A DNA stretch of 64,000 nucleotides, taken from positions 1 through 64,000 of the forward strand of contig CBFFSA010000013.1 of assembly GCA_965644495.1 (NCBI GenBank). The letters run 5' to 3'. Origin of the DNA: Perkinsela sp. CCAP 1560/9 (Eukaryota; Protista; Euglenozoa: Kinetoplastea). A model generated the notes under the pieces. It was not told the DNA's origin and did no database searches. It was given only the letters and a program-made list of their open reading frames with translations. Shown one piece after another: positions 1 to 11,729 of this stretch. Every line of letters begins with the position of its first letter. Position 1 is the stretch's first letter. Position numbers and translations under genes: made by a program.

Positions 1-89
1 CTAGAAAGAGAAAACAATAATATACACCTGGTGAGCTTGAAGCCCCAGTTTCAAGTACCCGTAATGAGGAAACACCTGTCACTGAATTA

Positions 90-1160
90 TCACGACTGTC
101 GACTCGGAAGGACCGACGTGATGCAGACAGTAGACTCGAAGAAGTTTTAGCAGCGTCGCCGACTCCAGCAGCTGCTCATGCAGCAACAGAGCTTCTGAGA
201 AGTCGAAGTAGACCCAAAGAAGGTCCAAAACAGCGAATTCGTCGAGGCCACTCTCTCCTGACCAGCCCAACGGTCCTTGCCAACTCGCAAGACGAACTAT
301 GCTCCATGAAAAATGCCGAGTGCATGGCAAAAAAACACGATCATAGTGATGTTTCAATGCGAGACCAAATGCAGCAGCACGTGCACTTGAAGTGCAAGAA
401 ATGTGGACACACTTCTCACACATCAACGCAATCTGCGCTGACAACCCACACAAAAGTATGTAGTGCTCTGGACGCTCGTGTGCCGTCAGAAACGCCCGAT
501 GTAGGTACCGAAATTACGGCCTCCCAGTTTGCGCATACGATTTTCCCCCAATTAATTTCTACAACTCCTATCCCTCTCTCTGTCTGTATTCGTTAATTCC
601 GCAAGTACGAGGAGGCGCGTCCCGAGGTTTCAAAGGCAAAAATGATAAATGTTTTCCCCAAGGACGTGCGCACTATTCAACATGACGTGAGAATTCTTGC
701 ACATTGTGTGTGGGTAAACATTCGCGAGACCATAGACGATCACGAGATATTTGGGCTTGCGATTGATGCTGGAATCGACTCCGTGCTGCACGAACATGTC
801 TTGGTTGCTGTTATTTATGTGGGGTCGCACCGGTGGCTGACTCCACCAATGTATCATCCAAAGTTTGGCTCCTTTAATGGGAAAGACACGGCAGAGATAC
901 TTGTTTCAGAGCTTCAGCGATGTCTTCAAAGGACTAGAATAGCGAAGCTTGCGTACCTGGTTGCTGATGGATGCGCCGTTAATCACATAGCTAGAAAAGA
1001 AGCACATGACGCATTGAGACAGGCGTTTGAAAGCATTACCCCGCTGGGCGATTCTGACTGGAACGCCTTTTATGCCAGCTTTATAATGACGCAGCCTCAG
1101 ATTGTGCTCCTTCCTTGTGTAGGTCACTTACTCAACAATATTGCCAAGGATAAGTTGCGA
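90..1160 (+). mobile_element. Degenerate hAT-like (DUF659-type) transposase remnant
   Basis: ORFs 306-596 and 642-1238 carry CKKCGH, LAIDAGIDS, LVADGCAVN and the CxxH motif PCVGHLLNNIAKD typical of hAT transposases. Broken near 596-640; similarity ends near 1160. Confidence 0.6.
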
Positions 1161-1649
1161 GTCACAATATGTGGTAATATTGCGGTAATATTCGTACGTC
1201 CAGAGCTCCGATTTATGGTATTTCTTCTCCGTATCTGAGATATTTTTCTCTGGTTTTTTCTCAGCATTCAACAAGTGAAATACTTTTTTCGTCCACAGCA
1301 ACGGTTTATTGTACTATTATGCACTATGTATTGACGTCGGAACTGGGTTCTGTGGTTTAAACCAGTGTCGTGTAAGTCCTTGAAGTTGTCCTCCAAGTAT
1401 CTCTGTCAATTCAGAATAATGATGAAAATAGCCACGTTTAGTATTTTTTTTGTTACACTACAGTCTATTAGATTTTATTCGTATATTCGTGTTTCTTTTC
1501 TTACATCATAAACCAATGAAAAATATGTGAGGAAGCATTTATGCGCGGAATGCGAGATCTCGACTCCTTCCACTCCTCAACTCACTTTTTCGCCCCCTCG
1601 ACTCAAATTTCGCTCAGGATAAGCATCCTTTCACCTCTACTAATTAAAC

Positions 1650-1812
1650 TATGCATGTTATTCTCAACTCCTGATGCGAGTCCTGTATGCATGCGGTACG
1701 CGAGTCCTGTATGCATGTTATTCTCAGCTCCTGATGCGAGTCATAATATTCTTTTATGGCATGTGCGCATGTTATTCTCGGCTCCTGATGCGAGTCATAA
1801 TATTGTTTTATG
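1650..1812. repeat. Short imperfect tandem repeat (ATGTTATTCTCRRCTCCTGATGCGAGTC, 3 copies plus partial)
   Basis: Read directly; gives the repeated peptide MLFS(T/A)PDAS in ORF 1541-1933. Confidence 0.75.
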
Positions 1813-1966
1813 GTATACCTTCCAACGTAGCTATTCAAATCATGTAATATTGTTATTATCATACATCGTTTGGCGGCGAACCAACATGGTTTACCGCTCA
1901 GTGAAATGGTTTATTTGGTGGTTTATTGGTTAGTTTACCACATGTTAAGAAGGTGCAAAAGAAAAG

Positions 1967-3189
1967 ATGTCTATGATATTCGACTACGGAAAGTTCGGCG
2001 AGCTCACTCTTCCTCCGACGAACGTAACGGTTCATTGCCTAGAGAAGTTACCTTTCGACTCCTATTCAAGTGCTATGGAGCGGGTGGAAGGTAGGGAGAA
2101 GGGAACATTCGAGCCCCTAGAGCTGAGAACAAACGGTATTTTTATCAAGGGCCCGGTGGGCGCGCGGGATCGTAGTTTCCTAGAATTTGACGCTCATCTT
2201 TGCCGCTGCTTTGGGGTAGGGGCGTCCGAGAGGAATGCCCCCCGGTACCATCAAGACGAACACAGGAAGAACGATCTGCTGTTAGCATTTCTGGATTGGA
2301 TTCGGAACTCCATGAAAATGGGTGTCCTGTGGAAATCCGAAGGAAATTTGGCAGTCGGCGACAACATCCCTGCGGCATTAGTGGCATACACCCCTTAAAG
2401 GATAACACTCCCCCCCCCCCCCCCCTTCGTTTTTGCGTCGTGCAAGCTTTTAACCTAATTCCTTCGGCATTCGATAGATCTCGAAATTTGTCGTATGTTT
2501 GCCGAAGGAATCAGCGTGAAAAAACTCAAGAGAAAGAAAAGAGATTAAAAATACTGGTCGAAAATCGCCATTTTGACGAAGCACCATACTATTTCCTAAA
2601 AAAATAAGTTTATGCCCGATATTCATCCTTTTAACCAATGACAAAACATTTCTCTCGGCCTCGGAACCTTCACTATGGACCTATTACTTATGATATGCGT
2701 GTAAAAATTGTTATGGAGTGCAATAAGTTACTGTTCATCAGCAAAGTGGCAAAAATACTAAAAAATGACAAAAAAACTGTGTGAAAATAAGTGAAAAATT
2801 ACGGAAATATAGATTCTGTAGAAAACGTGTGTAAGATAGTGTAAGGATCACACAGGTTACTAAATTGACGGTTTCGATGCACTTTAGAGTTTCTTTCATG
2901 AAAAAATTGTCAATTTTTGGAGAAAAAATTGTCAAAAATCCATGTAATATTTTTTTTTGACCCCAACCCGGCGTTTGGTTTTATGCGAACTAAACTGAGC
3001 TAAAAATAGTGGGAAACGCTCTATTTTTTTATTCTGCACATTCTTAAAAAAAGATGAGCTCTCAACTCCACCTGTACGAAAATTAAGGGGGGGACTGCTA
3101 TCCTTTGAGGGGTGTATACGATTCGATATCAACATGGGGACTGCCGCGTATTTGCACAAGCGCTTGAGGAAATTCGGAAGAAAGTCTAA
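1967..3189 (+). pseudogene. Hypothetical ORF interrupted by a MITE
   Basis: Removing 2389-3114 and one TA rejoins ...IPAALVAY to TIRYQHGDCRVFAQALEEIRKKV* in frame. Confidence 0.45.
2389..3114. mobile_element. TA-flanked MITE (Tc1/mariner-type, non-autonomous)
   Basis: Left end TA|CACCCCTTAAAGGATAACACTCCCC and right end GGGGACTGCTATCCTTTGAGGGGTG|TA are imperfect inverted repeats. Confidence 0.8.
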
Positions 3190-5130
3190 AATTCGTAAAA
3201 GTTGTCCAATTTTGGAAAATAATAGCGCATTGGATAGCTCTCACAGAGTTATATGCTTTAGGATAGGTAGCTCCCGGGGTTTGGGGGGTACCCCCCTTTC
3301 ATGTAAGGGTCAAAAACACATATTGCAATACTTTAGTGGTGTCAATAATTTCTTTAATTTGCATTGCAAAAGACAATTAGTAACCACAGTGCCCCCCGTT
3401 CCGACTAATAACAATTTCACAACGCTTCCTGAAACTCTTCAACGTTTTCTGAACCGTTGCAGAGTGGGTCTGTTTCAATTTAAGGAAAGACCCCTCAATA
3501 GCGGCTTCCAGTTGCTGTCGATTTCGGGGTCGAAGAAGATTTTTGTCTGTGTCCATCACAGACCAGAAGATCGCTCCAGCTATCTACGCCGTAAACAAGG
3601 TCATACCCCTCGTCGATAAGCTTAAGAGCCACATCCAGGAACGCAGGGGTAACCACCGTCGAAACACGCTCTCGGGATGCCGTTAACATGTCACGGCACC
3701 CGCACCCTTATCTGTCATAGAAACTCGCACCCTTATCTGTCATAAATGCACCCTTATCTGTCATACTGCACCCTTATCTGTCATACTGCACCCTTATCTG
3801 TCATACTGCACCCTTATCTGTCATACTGCACCCCTATCTGTCATACTGCACCCTTATCTGTCATATAAGCCGCACCCTTATCTGTCACACTAAGGTGCAC
3901 CCTTATCTGTCATAATGCACCCCTATCTGTCATAATGCACCCTTATCTGTCATAATGCACCCTTATCTGTCATATGCACCCTTATCTGTCATAATGCACC
4001 CTTATCTGTCATACTGCACCCTTATCTGCCATAATACATTTTTTGTTAATTTTCTGTGAATGACGGTGGAAGGTAGAGTCAGCACACGCATCGATTCAAC
4101 TCATCGGTCGCATATCGCATTGTTATATCTCTTTCATTCTTTTTCGCGTCCACAGCTCCGGTTTTTTCTCTCTTTATGATATCTAGACCTTGTCGTATCT
4201 GGGATTTCTGTGGTTTGTCTCGGTGTCGTCCAATACAACTGATCATCACCTAGGGCTTCGCAAATTGCTTCCCACGAACTCAGCGTCACACTTTGACGTG
4301 ACTCATTGGCCCGGCCGACCCCTCCGTGCGTTCAGCCTCTCATATTCCCCAAAACAACTACCACCTTCCCCCCATTTATCAGGGGTCGCTCGCGCGACAC
4401 CCGCTAAATAGGGGGGGAAGGTGGTAGTTGTGGGATATGGAGGCCTCTCGCAACTCCGGGGCCTCACCGGAACCACAATTGAGGTTACCTATTTTTTACG
4501 TTAACTGTGTAGCAAAATTGTAAATTTTTGGAAGGGGTTGAAATTTTTTTTTAGGGGTCGATTTTTTTTTAGGGGTTGAAATCTTTTTTAGGCCTTGAAA
4601 TATTTTTTAAGGGGTCGACTTTTTTTAATCGGTTTATGACAGATAAGGGTGCGGCTTATATGACAGATAAGGGTGCATTATGACAGATAAGGGTGCCGCG
4701 TTTATGACAGATAAGGGTGCGAGTGGGTACCCGTAAGGGTAAAACGTTCAACCCAACGTTTTACAGTGTACTCATGAACACCAAAGTGCTGTGCCGTAGC
4801 GGAGTATGATCCTGTGCGCTCGTATTCCGCCACCAAGAATGCGGTGGCTCTCTTTGACGGGGGCGGGGGAAGAATACGATCTATCGCTCAGTACTCCACG
4901 GGAAGTCCTCGAGCAAGCGCGCTTTTGGGGCATTTTCTAGTAAAAAATGTAATTTCTGCAAGGGAAAAAAGCGAAATATGGTATTAAAAAATATGTGCGT
5001 TAAAATTGCAGGATTTTAATGCGCCTAAAACATACAACTCTGTGAGAGCTATCCAATGCGCTATTATTTTCCAAAATTGGACAACTTTTACGAATTTTAG
5101 ACCCCCCCCACCTTTAGACCCGCACCCCTG
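3184..5130 (-). mobile_element. Tc1/mariner element remnant with nested insertion
   Basis: About 67-bp inverted repeat at 3184-3250 and 5036-5102. Right end CACCCCTG|TA. Transposase C-terminus ...LKSFRKRCEIVISRNGGHCGY* at 3377-3559. Confidence 0.7.
3692..4734. mobile_element. Foldback-like element with asymmetric subterminal arrays of GCACCCTTATCTGTCATA
   Basis: 16 direct copies of the 18-mer at 3702-4033 and 4 inverted copies at 4636-4720. Confidence 0.75.
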
Positions 5131-5654
5131 TAGAGGATCTTTAAATTGAATGAAGGGAATGATGAAGGGGATGGTCGAGGGGATAACGAGCTCCGACTCT
5201 TATTTTCCAATTTTGACCGTAGAACTCCACGCAAAACCATTAGCCTAAAAGCAGAACAGAAAAACAATTGAAGTTTCGCTTTTAATTTAATAAATGTTTC
5301 ATTTTGTTTAGAAAGGCGACAGATAACTAGGGGGGGGGTGGTCGACGAAAAAAAATATTCGAAGTGCCGAAAAGCGACAGATAACTAGGGGGTACAGTAT
5401 TACATTTTGTTTACTTTTTTAACATTTTAAAATGAGTTGGAAATAGCGGGAACGTGCAGATCCCGAAATTCTGAACGACAAAGTGGTGCATAAACCCCCA
5501 TAGGCCCTCACGTGTAAAACAAAATGGGGGATGACTGATTCGTTGGGCGGAGTTTATTGTTGAATGTAATGCAAACAGATAGTGGCAGACGGTGGCAGAT
5601 AAAACCATGCACTTCTGCAGTACATCCATTGGAAGTAACACAGGGATCATCAAC

Positions 5655-6312
5655 TTTCATGTCGAAAAAACTCAAAAGTTTCTTTCGAAACGAATTTCTC
5701 TTTAATCCCTGTATCTGTGATGTGAACTGACAATTTGGAATGCTTCCGACCCAATATACTGTGATCCAACTCCCCAAAGAGATTCTCATTGTCTCGCAAG
5801 CCTAACTCTCAAAGGTTTGCGGGGAGAGCCTCAAAGTGTACCTCTCCGCTAAATTGATTGTAATCGAGCCACAGCGCCTGTAGCTCACAAAGCAGAAAAC
5901 GGAGCTCTACGGGACCGCTAAGCGAGTTGTGATGAGCACGGAACCATATGCATTTATAGGGTAAATTTTCCAGCGGAAGGCGTCCGGGTAGCCTATTGTC
6001 TGGGACGTAAATACCATTCACGGGGAGCGTAGCCAGATGTTCCCAACACAAAGAACCGCGCAAATCAAGGTATCCCCAGTTTATATCAAACGATTCTTCT
6101 TTTCTCTCAAAGGATATACCTTTCCACTCAGCAGCGGGCGTGTGCGTATTCCACGAAATATCTGGGGTTTTGATATTTTTTTATGAATTTTTCGAGATCG
6201 TATTCCATCGGAACAGAATTGCCTCGTACCTTTTTCGGGCGCGTTTCCTCCATCAGTTTGAGAGTCACAGGCCTTGATTAAGCCCAGAGGGTATTGACGC
6301 GAGGGAATCCAT
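5655..6312 (-). pseudogene. LRR family pseudogene
   Basis: The N-cap (KVRGNSVPMEYDL..SWNTHTPAAEWKG) is frameshifted. LRRs lie in ORF 5809-6063; after an in-frame TGA the frame continues ELGLRDNENLFGELD...TDTGIK. Confidence 0.8.
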
Positions 6313-6398
6313 TCAATAAGATGGGTTCATCGATTCGAGACTGTAAACCAACCTGACTTATTGAAGGAGATAAAAACCTTCATAAAACTCAAAGTATA

Positions 6399-6593
6399 AA
6401 CCATGCTAAAGTGGACGAGAGAGACACTAAAGGCACCTTTGGAAAACCACCACAAAACTGGAAAGGTATTTACCGTTAAAGATCCTTTTGTCACATCAGA
6501 ATACCGTACTACAAACCGGGAGATACCGTTCCAGTTTTGTGGTGGTTTTCCAAAGGTGCCTTTAGTGTCTCTCTCGTCCACTTTAGCATGGGT
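6399..6593. mobile_element. Hairpin MITE (~190 bp, ~63-bp TIRs)
   Basis: CCATGCTAAAGTGGACGAGAGAGACACTAAAGGCACCTTTGGAAAACCACCACAAAACTGGAA and its reverse complement. Confidence 0.85.
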
Positions 6594-6601
6594 TACTCCT
6601 C

Positions 6602-7635
6602 CTCTCATTGATTTTTATAAATATAAATTATAACAAAAAAGAAAATTTATATTTATAATTATAATTATAAAAATCAATGAGAATGATTTCCAAAGATACC
6701 GGAGACCCGCCAGTAAGAGACCCCCGGTAAGAGGGATTGGCTCGGGAGGCTGGCTGGTTAGTGGAGCTGAGCGGGCGGGGGTTGTTGGACGGGTAAGGGT
6801 GGGTGAGCGGGGTGAGGGTGATTGGGAGGGTTGTGATGGCTGTGATACGAAGTTGTCTGGACAGAAAATCAATGCACGCATGAGTAAAAGAGGTCTTCAA
6901 CAGAGCGGGAAACCGAGTTAAACTCGCTTTCGAAGACGTGTGTGCGATAAATGTGACATAACGGCTACTTGTAGAAGGGGGAGGAGCATTTAAACAAAAC
7001 AACCCAGGCTAAAGTGGAAGACGGAGATACTCGTCCTTGCGCCTCCTCCTTCCTCTAAGGTCTTGAGCGTCACGAGGATGTATGGGATGTATAGGATCGG
7101 GGTCACGAGGATGTATGGGATGTAGTCACGAGAAAATACTGGTGACATACATAGGTACGCGACTTGACAATAATTGCAGGGACTTTGGTTTCTGAAATCC
7201 CTTATCGCTCTGTCTTAGTCGGAATGTGGAGTGCTGGGCCCAGGTGCCACCTGGTCTTACCTCCGAACCAACCCCAAACGTTCGTGCTACATGACCCTCG
7301 ATCAGTCAACAAACCTCTGTTGAACGGCCGAGCCGTCAAACGCCGATATGAAGCTCTATAGACAAAAAAACATTTATTTTTGAGGCAATAAAAGGAATAC
7401 TTTATTACACAGAAGAAAATATTTAAAATGTATTTCAAAACTCACCTGACACGAAATCAGGCCACAAATCGGGCACGACGAATTAACCTACGGTACTGAG
7501 GGAGTAGTATCTCCATCAATATTTTTAAGTATGTCCTAAAAGCTTTATGAGAACAAAATTGGATTTATAAATTTCACAATTTTTATAATTTTTTTTCGAA
7601 AATTCTGTCTTGCCATTTATAAAAATCAATGAGAG
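6602..7635. mobile_element. Putative TIR element
   Basis: CTCTCATTGATTTTTATAAAT at the left end and ATTTATAAAAATCAATGAGAG at the right end. Confidence 0.55.
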
Positions 7636-8471
7636 ACAGAGTATATAGCCATCGAAACATGCTCCCTATGACCCCTTACAGCTTCCCACGCGAGGAAGTC
7701 GTCGTCGCCGCGGCAAAAAGACAAGGATCCGCCTTCTGCCTTTTTGCCATGCGCCTCCTCCTTCCTCTAAGGCCTTGCGTGTCACACACTTCCAGGTAAA
7801 GTTTGGCCTTTGTAGGTGTATTACCGGAACAGGGTGGAGAAATATCGAATGAAACCAAAGCGTATACACTTATATCAGGCTCCAAACTCTAAAAAATCGG
7901 TCTAGGAGCTGATTTGGGAAAAATGCAACTGTCCCCCCCGTTTAAGCGCACCTCGTTTTCCGTCAAAAGTGCGCTTAAACGGGGGGTCTGAATCAGCATA
8001 TAAAAAAAAATTGGCACCGCTTCGCGGCGCCGCGATCTCCTCCTCAACTCTATGTGCGCTTAAACGGGGGGCGTCTGACCGGGTGCGCTTAAGGGGGGAC
8101 AGTATTTTTTCACTTTCACCCATAAATTTTCAGGTTTTGTTTTTCGAAATTTCAACAATTGTTATGATCGTATTCATTTATCCCAACGAACCCTAGCCCC
8201 TAACTCCGCGGCGGTACCAGTCTTGTACCGCGGCGGTACCAATCTTGTATTTCAAAAATTGCTATGATCACCCTGGTGGGGAGGGGGGGGCAGGGGGTAC
8301 CCATCGGAATTGTTGAAAAACTAGTGATCTTGTCACTCAATTCGATTCATACGTCTTTGTAAACATTTTTTTCGAAAACTCACCTGAAACGATATCGGGC
8401 CACAAATCGGGCATGAAATCGGGCACGACGAATTAACCTACGGTAGCGAGGGAGTAGTATCTCCCTCAATA
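7437..8471. repeat. Dispersed ~85-95 bp direct repeat (7437-7521 and 8375-8471) ending in a hairpin
   Basis: AAAACTCACCTGA...CGGGCACGACGAATTAACCTACGGTA..GAGGGAGTAGTATCTCC.TCAATA occurs twice. Confidence 0.7.
7929..8102. mobile_element. MITE of the CTGTCCCCCC TIR family
   Basis: CTGTCCCCCCGTTTAAGCGCACC ... GGTGCGCTTAAGGGGGGACAG|TA. Related termini occur at 60405-61692 and ~63700-63822. Confidence 0.75.
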
Positions 8472-8539
8472 ACTTATTTACTTATAGTAGCGGTTCTTGA
8501 GATGCCCCTTTCTAAGAGTTGACTGTATTTAATAGCATG

Positions 8540-9403
8540 TTAAACTGCCTCAGGTTCAATTACGCGAATATCTGTTCCTGCTCGTTCGAAGTACACACCG
8601 GGAAGGAATGTCTTATCGAATTCTCCACGCAGATACGAGTTGTGAGAGACATCGATCCAAGTCAAGCCGACTGGGAGAGATTTAAAATATAAACAACCCT
8701 TAAAATTATTGTTGTCTAAAAATAAACTCTCCAAGGATGAAGGTAGATGACGAAAATCAGGCGTCCCACTAAATTCGTTCTCCCCTAAGCTTAGATTCGT
8801 CAACGTAGACGGCAAAAGGCTGAGATCCACCTCCCCCAAAAGATTATTACCCCGCAGTATTAGACGTTCCAATTCTCCGGGAAGAGCCGTGAGATCAACC
8901 GTGTTCTCGAAGTTATTCTTTTCCAAATAGATTCGCTTGAGATGAGAAGGTAAGTGACAAAGGTCGAGACTACCTGTAAAACGGTTGTGTGAGAGGTCAA
9001 GTAAGAGAAGGGTTTCGGGCAACGTGTCTAATTGTATGGAAGACGTCAAATTATTGTAAGCCACATCAAACGTGTGTACGGTTTCGGGAAGATACTTGAG
9101 CTGCAATGAGCCCTGTAATGACCCCCCAAGGTGAGCCCTCCAATTTATCTTTATCACATTTTGCTCCTTGTCATCACAGGATACACCCTGCCAGTTGCGT
9201 GCAGCTACCGATGTGGTCCATGTGACATGGGGATTGGTGATATTACGAATGAGACGCGCAAGATTGTACACTTGTGGCAACTGTGTCGACCGTATTTTAC
9301 TTGAGCGAGTACCCTCAACACTTTCCTTTTCGAGAAAAGAGCCATCGCCTTGCTTTAGACGTTTAGTGGGAGGCTCTTGAACGTCAGACAGGTAAATTTT
9401 CAT
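8540..9403 (-). CDS. Leucine-rich repeat protein (family member)
   Basis: RSSKIRS..LPQVYNL..NPHVTW..WQGVSC N-cap followed by 24-aa LPxxLxxLxLxxNxFxGxxDL repeats. First ATG at 9403. Confidence 0.9.
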   Translation of the reverse strand: MKIYLSDVQEPPTKRLKQGDGSFLEKESVEGTRSSKIRSTQLPQVYNLARLIRNITNPHVTWTTSVAARNWQGVSCDDKEQNVIKINWRAHLGGSLQGSLQLKYLPETVHTFDVAYNNLTSSIQLDTLPETLLLLDLSHNRFTGSLDLCHLPSHLKRIYLEKNNFENTVDLTALPGELERLILRGNNLLGEVDLSLLPSTLTNLSLGENEFSGTPDFRHLPSSLESLFLDNNNFKGCLYFKSLPVGLTWIDVSHNSYLRGEFDKTFLPGVYFERAGTDIRVIEPEAV

Positions 9404-9600
9404 ATTAGCACAACTGAAAGCTAACAACGTTTAAAATGACAGAATTTATTTATTTTACTTCTTTCCGACAAAGTTTACCTAATTCGCGCGAAAAAATATT
9501 CACATTCTTAAACTTGCAATTCCGTTCAGCTAGACTTTATTTTTCTAAATTGATTCAAATCAGACAAATAAACTACCCTATTCAATTCTGATTTACTACG

Positions 9601-10215
9601 CTATGTAATTTTGATTCCAGTATTGGTTATAGGACGATAGGAAAGCTTTTTGGGAAGTTCATCCAAGACCATTTCACCAAAAAGACCCGAATTGTCACGT
9701 AGAGCTAAAGTTATAAGATTAGGCGGGAGATGAGAAAAATTAACAAACCCACTGAGCAAGTTTTCCGAAAACAGCAGCTCGTGCATATTTTCCGGCAAAT
9801 GGCACAAGTCAATTTCACCTTCGAATTTGTTGTATGATCCGTTTAATATATTCAAATCAAGCGGTAAATTCGAAAGATAAAGTGTTCCCTCCAGTTCATT
9901 CTTAAATACACTAAAAAACGTGAGAGTGTTCGGAAGTTCTTCCCATCGTACTTCACCCTTCAACCTCTTTTCCTGACAATCAAATCTTGTAATAGCCTCC
10001 CCAGAACAATGTACACATTCCCAAGAACAAGCGGGTTTGCTCTCGCTCCAGGAACGAAGGGGATTTTTAACGTTTTGAAGCATGCGAGAAAGTCGATATT
10101 CCTCTGGTAAAGACGCGCCACGTACCTTTGCTGCTCGCCTCGGTGCATCGTCTTTAGATTCTACGCTCCATGCGACACAAAAAGCAAAGAAGTAAAATTC
10201 TGCCCCAACATTCAT
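9601..10215 (-). CDS. Leucine-rich repeat protein
   Basis: Hydrophobic N-terminus, RAAKVRGASLPEEYRL..NPLRSW..PACSWECVHC cap, 4 LRRs and a TGIKIT end. Confidence 0.9.
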   Translation of the reverse strand: MNVGAEFYFFAFCVAWSVESKDDAPRRAAKVRGASLPEEYRLSRMLQNVKNPLRSWSESKPACSWECVHCSGEAITRFDCQEKRLKGEVRWEELPNTLTFFSVFKNELEGTLYLSNLPLDLNILNGSYNKFEGEIDLCHLPENMHELLFSENLLSGFVNFSHLPPNLITLALRDNSGLFGEMVLDELPKKLSYRPITNTGIKIT

Positions 10216-10467
10216 CTCTGTAGTAACTGGTTCGATAGGATTGAAGGCAAATTTCAATGAGGCTAGGAAAAAGTGGTATTGTAGAGAAGTTAAAAAAATG
10301 AACGTTAGAACGCATTCTTCCTATCACGTTTGGTAATCGAACGTTTACAGGTAATATGATCAAATTCAGTGATTGTGATCTGATGTTCTAAGCCGTGTTA
10401 GAGGGAAGAGATCGTTTTTATGTACGAACTGTGTGTTGAAAGTGTAATTCGCAAAAAAAAGATGTAA

Positions 10468-11421
10468 CTATTTTGAAGCATCGTCCACGGTAATTTTTGT
10501 TCCAGAAGTAGTAATCTTGTAAAGCTTAAGCGTATCTGGCAACTTCGATTTAATTATCACTCCACGAAGGTTTGCATTTCCGGACAATCTAAGATCTTCC
10601 AAGCCGTAGGAAATTTGTCCCAAGTCAAGAGTACCACGAAATTCATTGTCATTCAGGTAGAGCGCGTTGAGTGACTTAGGTAATCCACTCAAACACAATT
10701 CTCCAGAGAACTCATTGTTTCGAAGAGCGAGAAACCGAAGCATTCCCGGGAGCTGATCCAAACACACGCTCCCAAAAAACGCATTGTAGCCCAGGTTCAG
10801 GCAACTAAGCTGCGCAGGAAGCGAAGTTAAATCCGGCATGCCTGTGAGACAATTCGACTGTAAGGCGAAAAGTTCCAATAATTTCGGAAGACTTGTCAAG
10901 CAGACCTCCCCGGTAAACTTATTGTTAAGAAGATACAAGAATTTCATACTTTCCGGCAGACGCGTGAGATCGAGATTTCCACTAAACGAGTTGTGGCTAA
11001 GACTGAGTGTCTCCAACGGACGTGGTAAGTCCGTCAGACTTGCCGAACCACGCAGACCGTTCCCCTGTATTGTGCATTCCACAAGGGTACGTGGTAGGTA
11101 AGACATACGTAGCCTCCCACGTAAATATTGCCCCACCCAGGAGATTTTTTCAACTCTGCCACTCTCGTTGCACTCGGCACCAAACCACTCACACGCCGGG
11201 GTGTCTCGAGTCCATCCCGCGTGGGGGTATGTGATGTCTCGGACAAACTCGGCGAGCTCAAATTCTTGAGGTAAATTGGTGACTTTTGAGGCCCGATATC
11301 GGCCCCGAGACGCGACCTGCGACGACAGGTGATTCTGATGCTCTTTGGTTGAACCTTCCAGAGACTCGACGGCATCTTTGAAAAAGGCAACGTACGCCAT
11401 TTTGATAGCCAAAACCATCAT
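10468..11421 (-). CDS. Leucine-rich repeat protein
   Basis: RASKVTNLPQEFEL cap and about 8 LRRs. Confidence 0.92.
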   Translation of the reverse strand: MMVLAIKMAYVAFFKDAVESLEGSTKEHQNHLSSQVASRGRYRASKVTNLPQEFELAEFVRDITYPHAGWTRDTPACEWFGAECNESGRVEKISWVGQYLRGRLRMSYLPRTLVECTIQGNGLRGSASLTDLPRPLETLSLSHNSFSGNLDLTRLPESMKFLYLLNNKFTGEVCLTSLPKLLELFALQSNCLTGMPDLTSLPAQLSCLNLGYNAFFGSVCLDQLPGMLRFLALRNNEFSGELCLSGLPKSLNALYLNDNEFRGTLDLGQISYGLEDLRLSGNANLRGVIIKSKLPDTLKLYKITTSGTKITVDDASK

Positions 11422-11729
11422 TTTGCTATCAAGCGAATGATAAAAAGGAATTGATTGTTTTTCGTTTTTAAGAATTGAAAAAGGTGTGGTATATTTCGTG
11501 GTTGTAACACCTTAACATAGCCCATAGATTGAGTCATATCAATTTGGTTTTATTCAGCTGAGCTGTGTTTTCAGGTAAACTAATTTCAAGTTTTGTTTTC
11601 TAAATTCCGAGCGCTCAGCTCCTTACTCGAATAAAAAGTCCTTAGTATCGGTTACTTGTATCCTTAGTATGTGTATTACTTGCCAAACAATAGCTGTCTT
11701 GCAAAGTAGCAGCTTTTAAGCTTTACAAA

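Noticed and set aside
3702-4033. CRISPR-like array
   Set aside because: Units are nearly contiguous (1-8 nt gaps) with no unique spacers, have inverted partners at 4636-4720, and lie in a eukaryotic context with no cas genes.
5809-5811. Stop-codon reassignment (in-frame TGA here, TAG at 25116)
   Set aside because: Both are in sequences with other lesions, and intact genes end in TAA, TAG or TGA with no internal stops.
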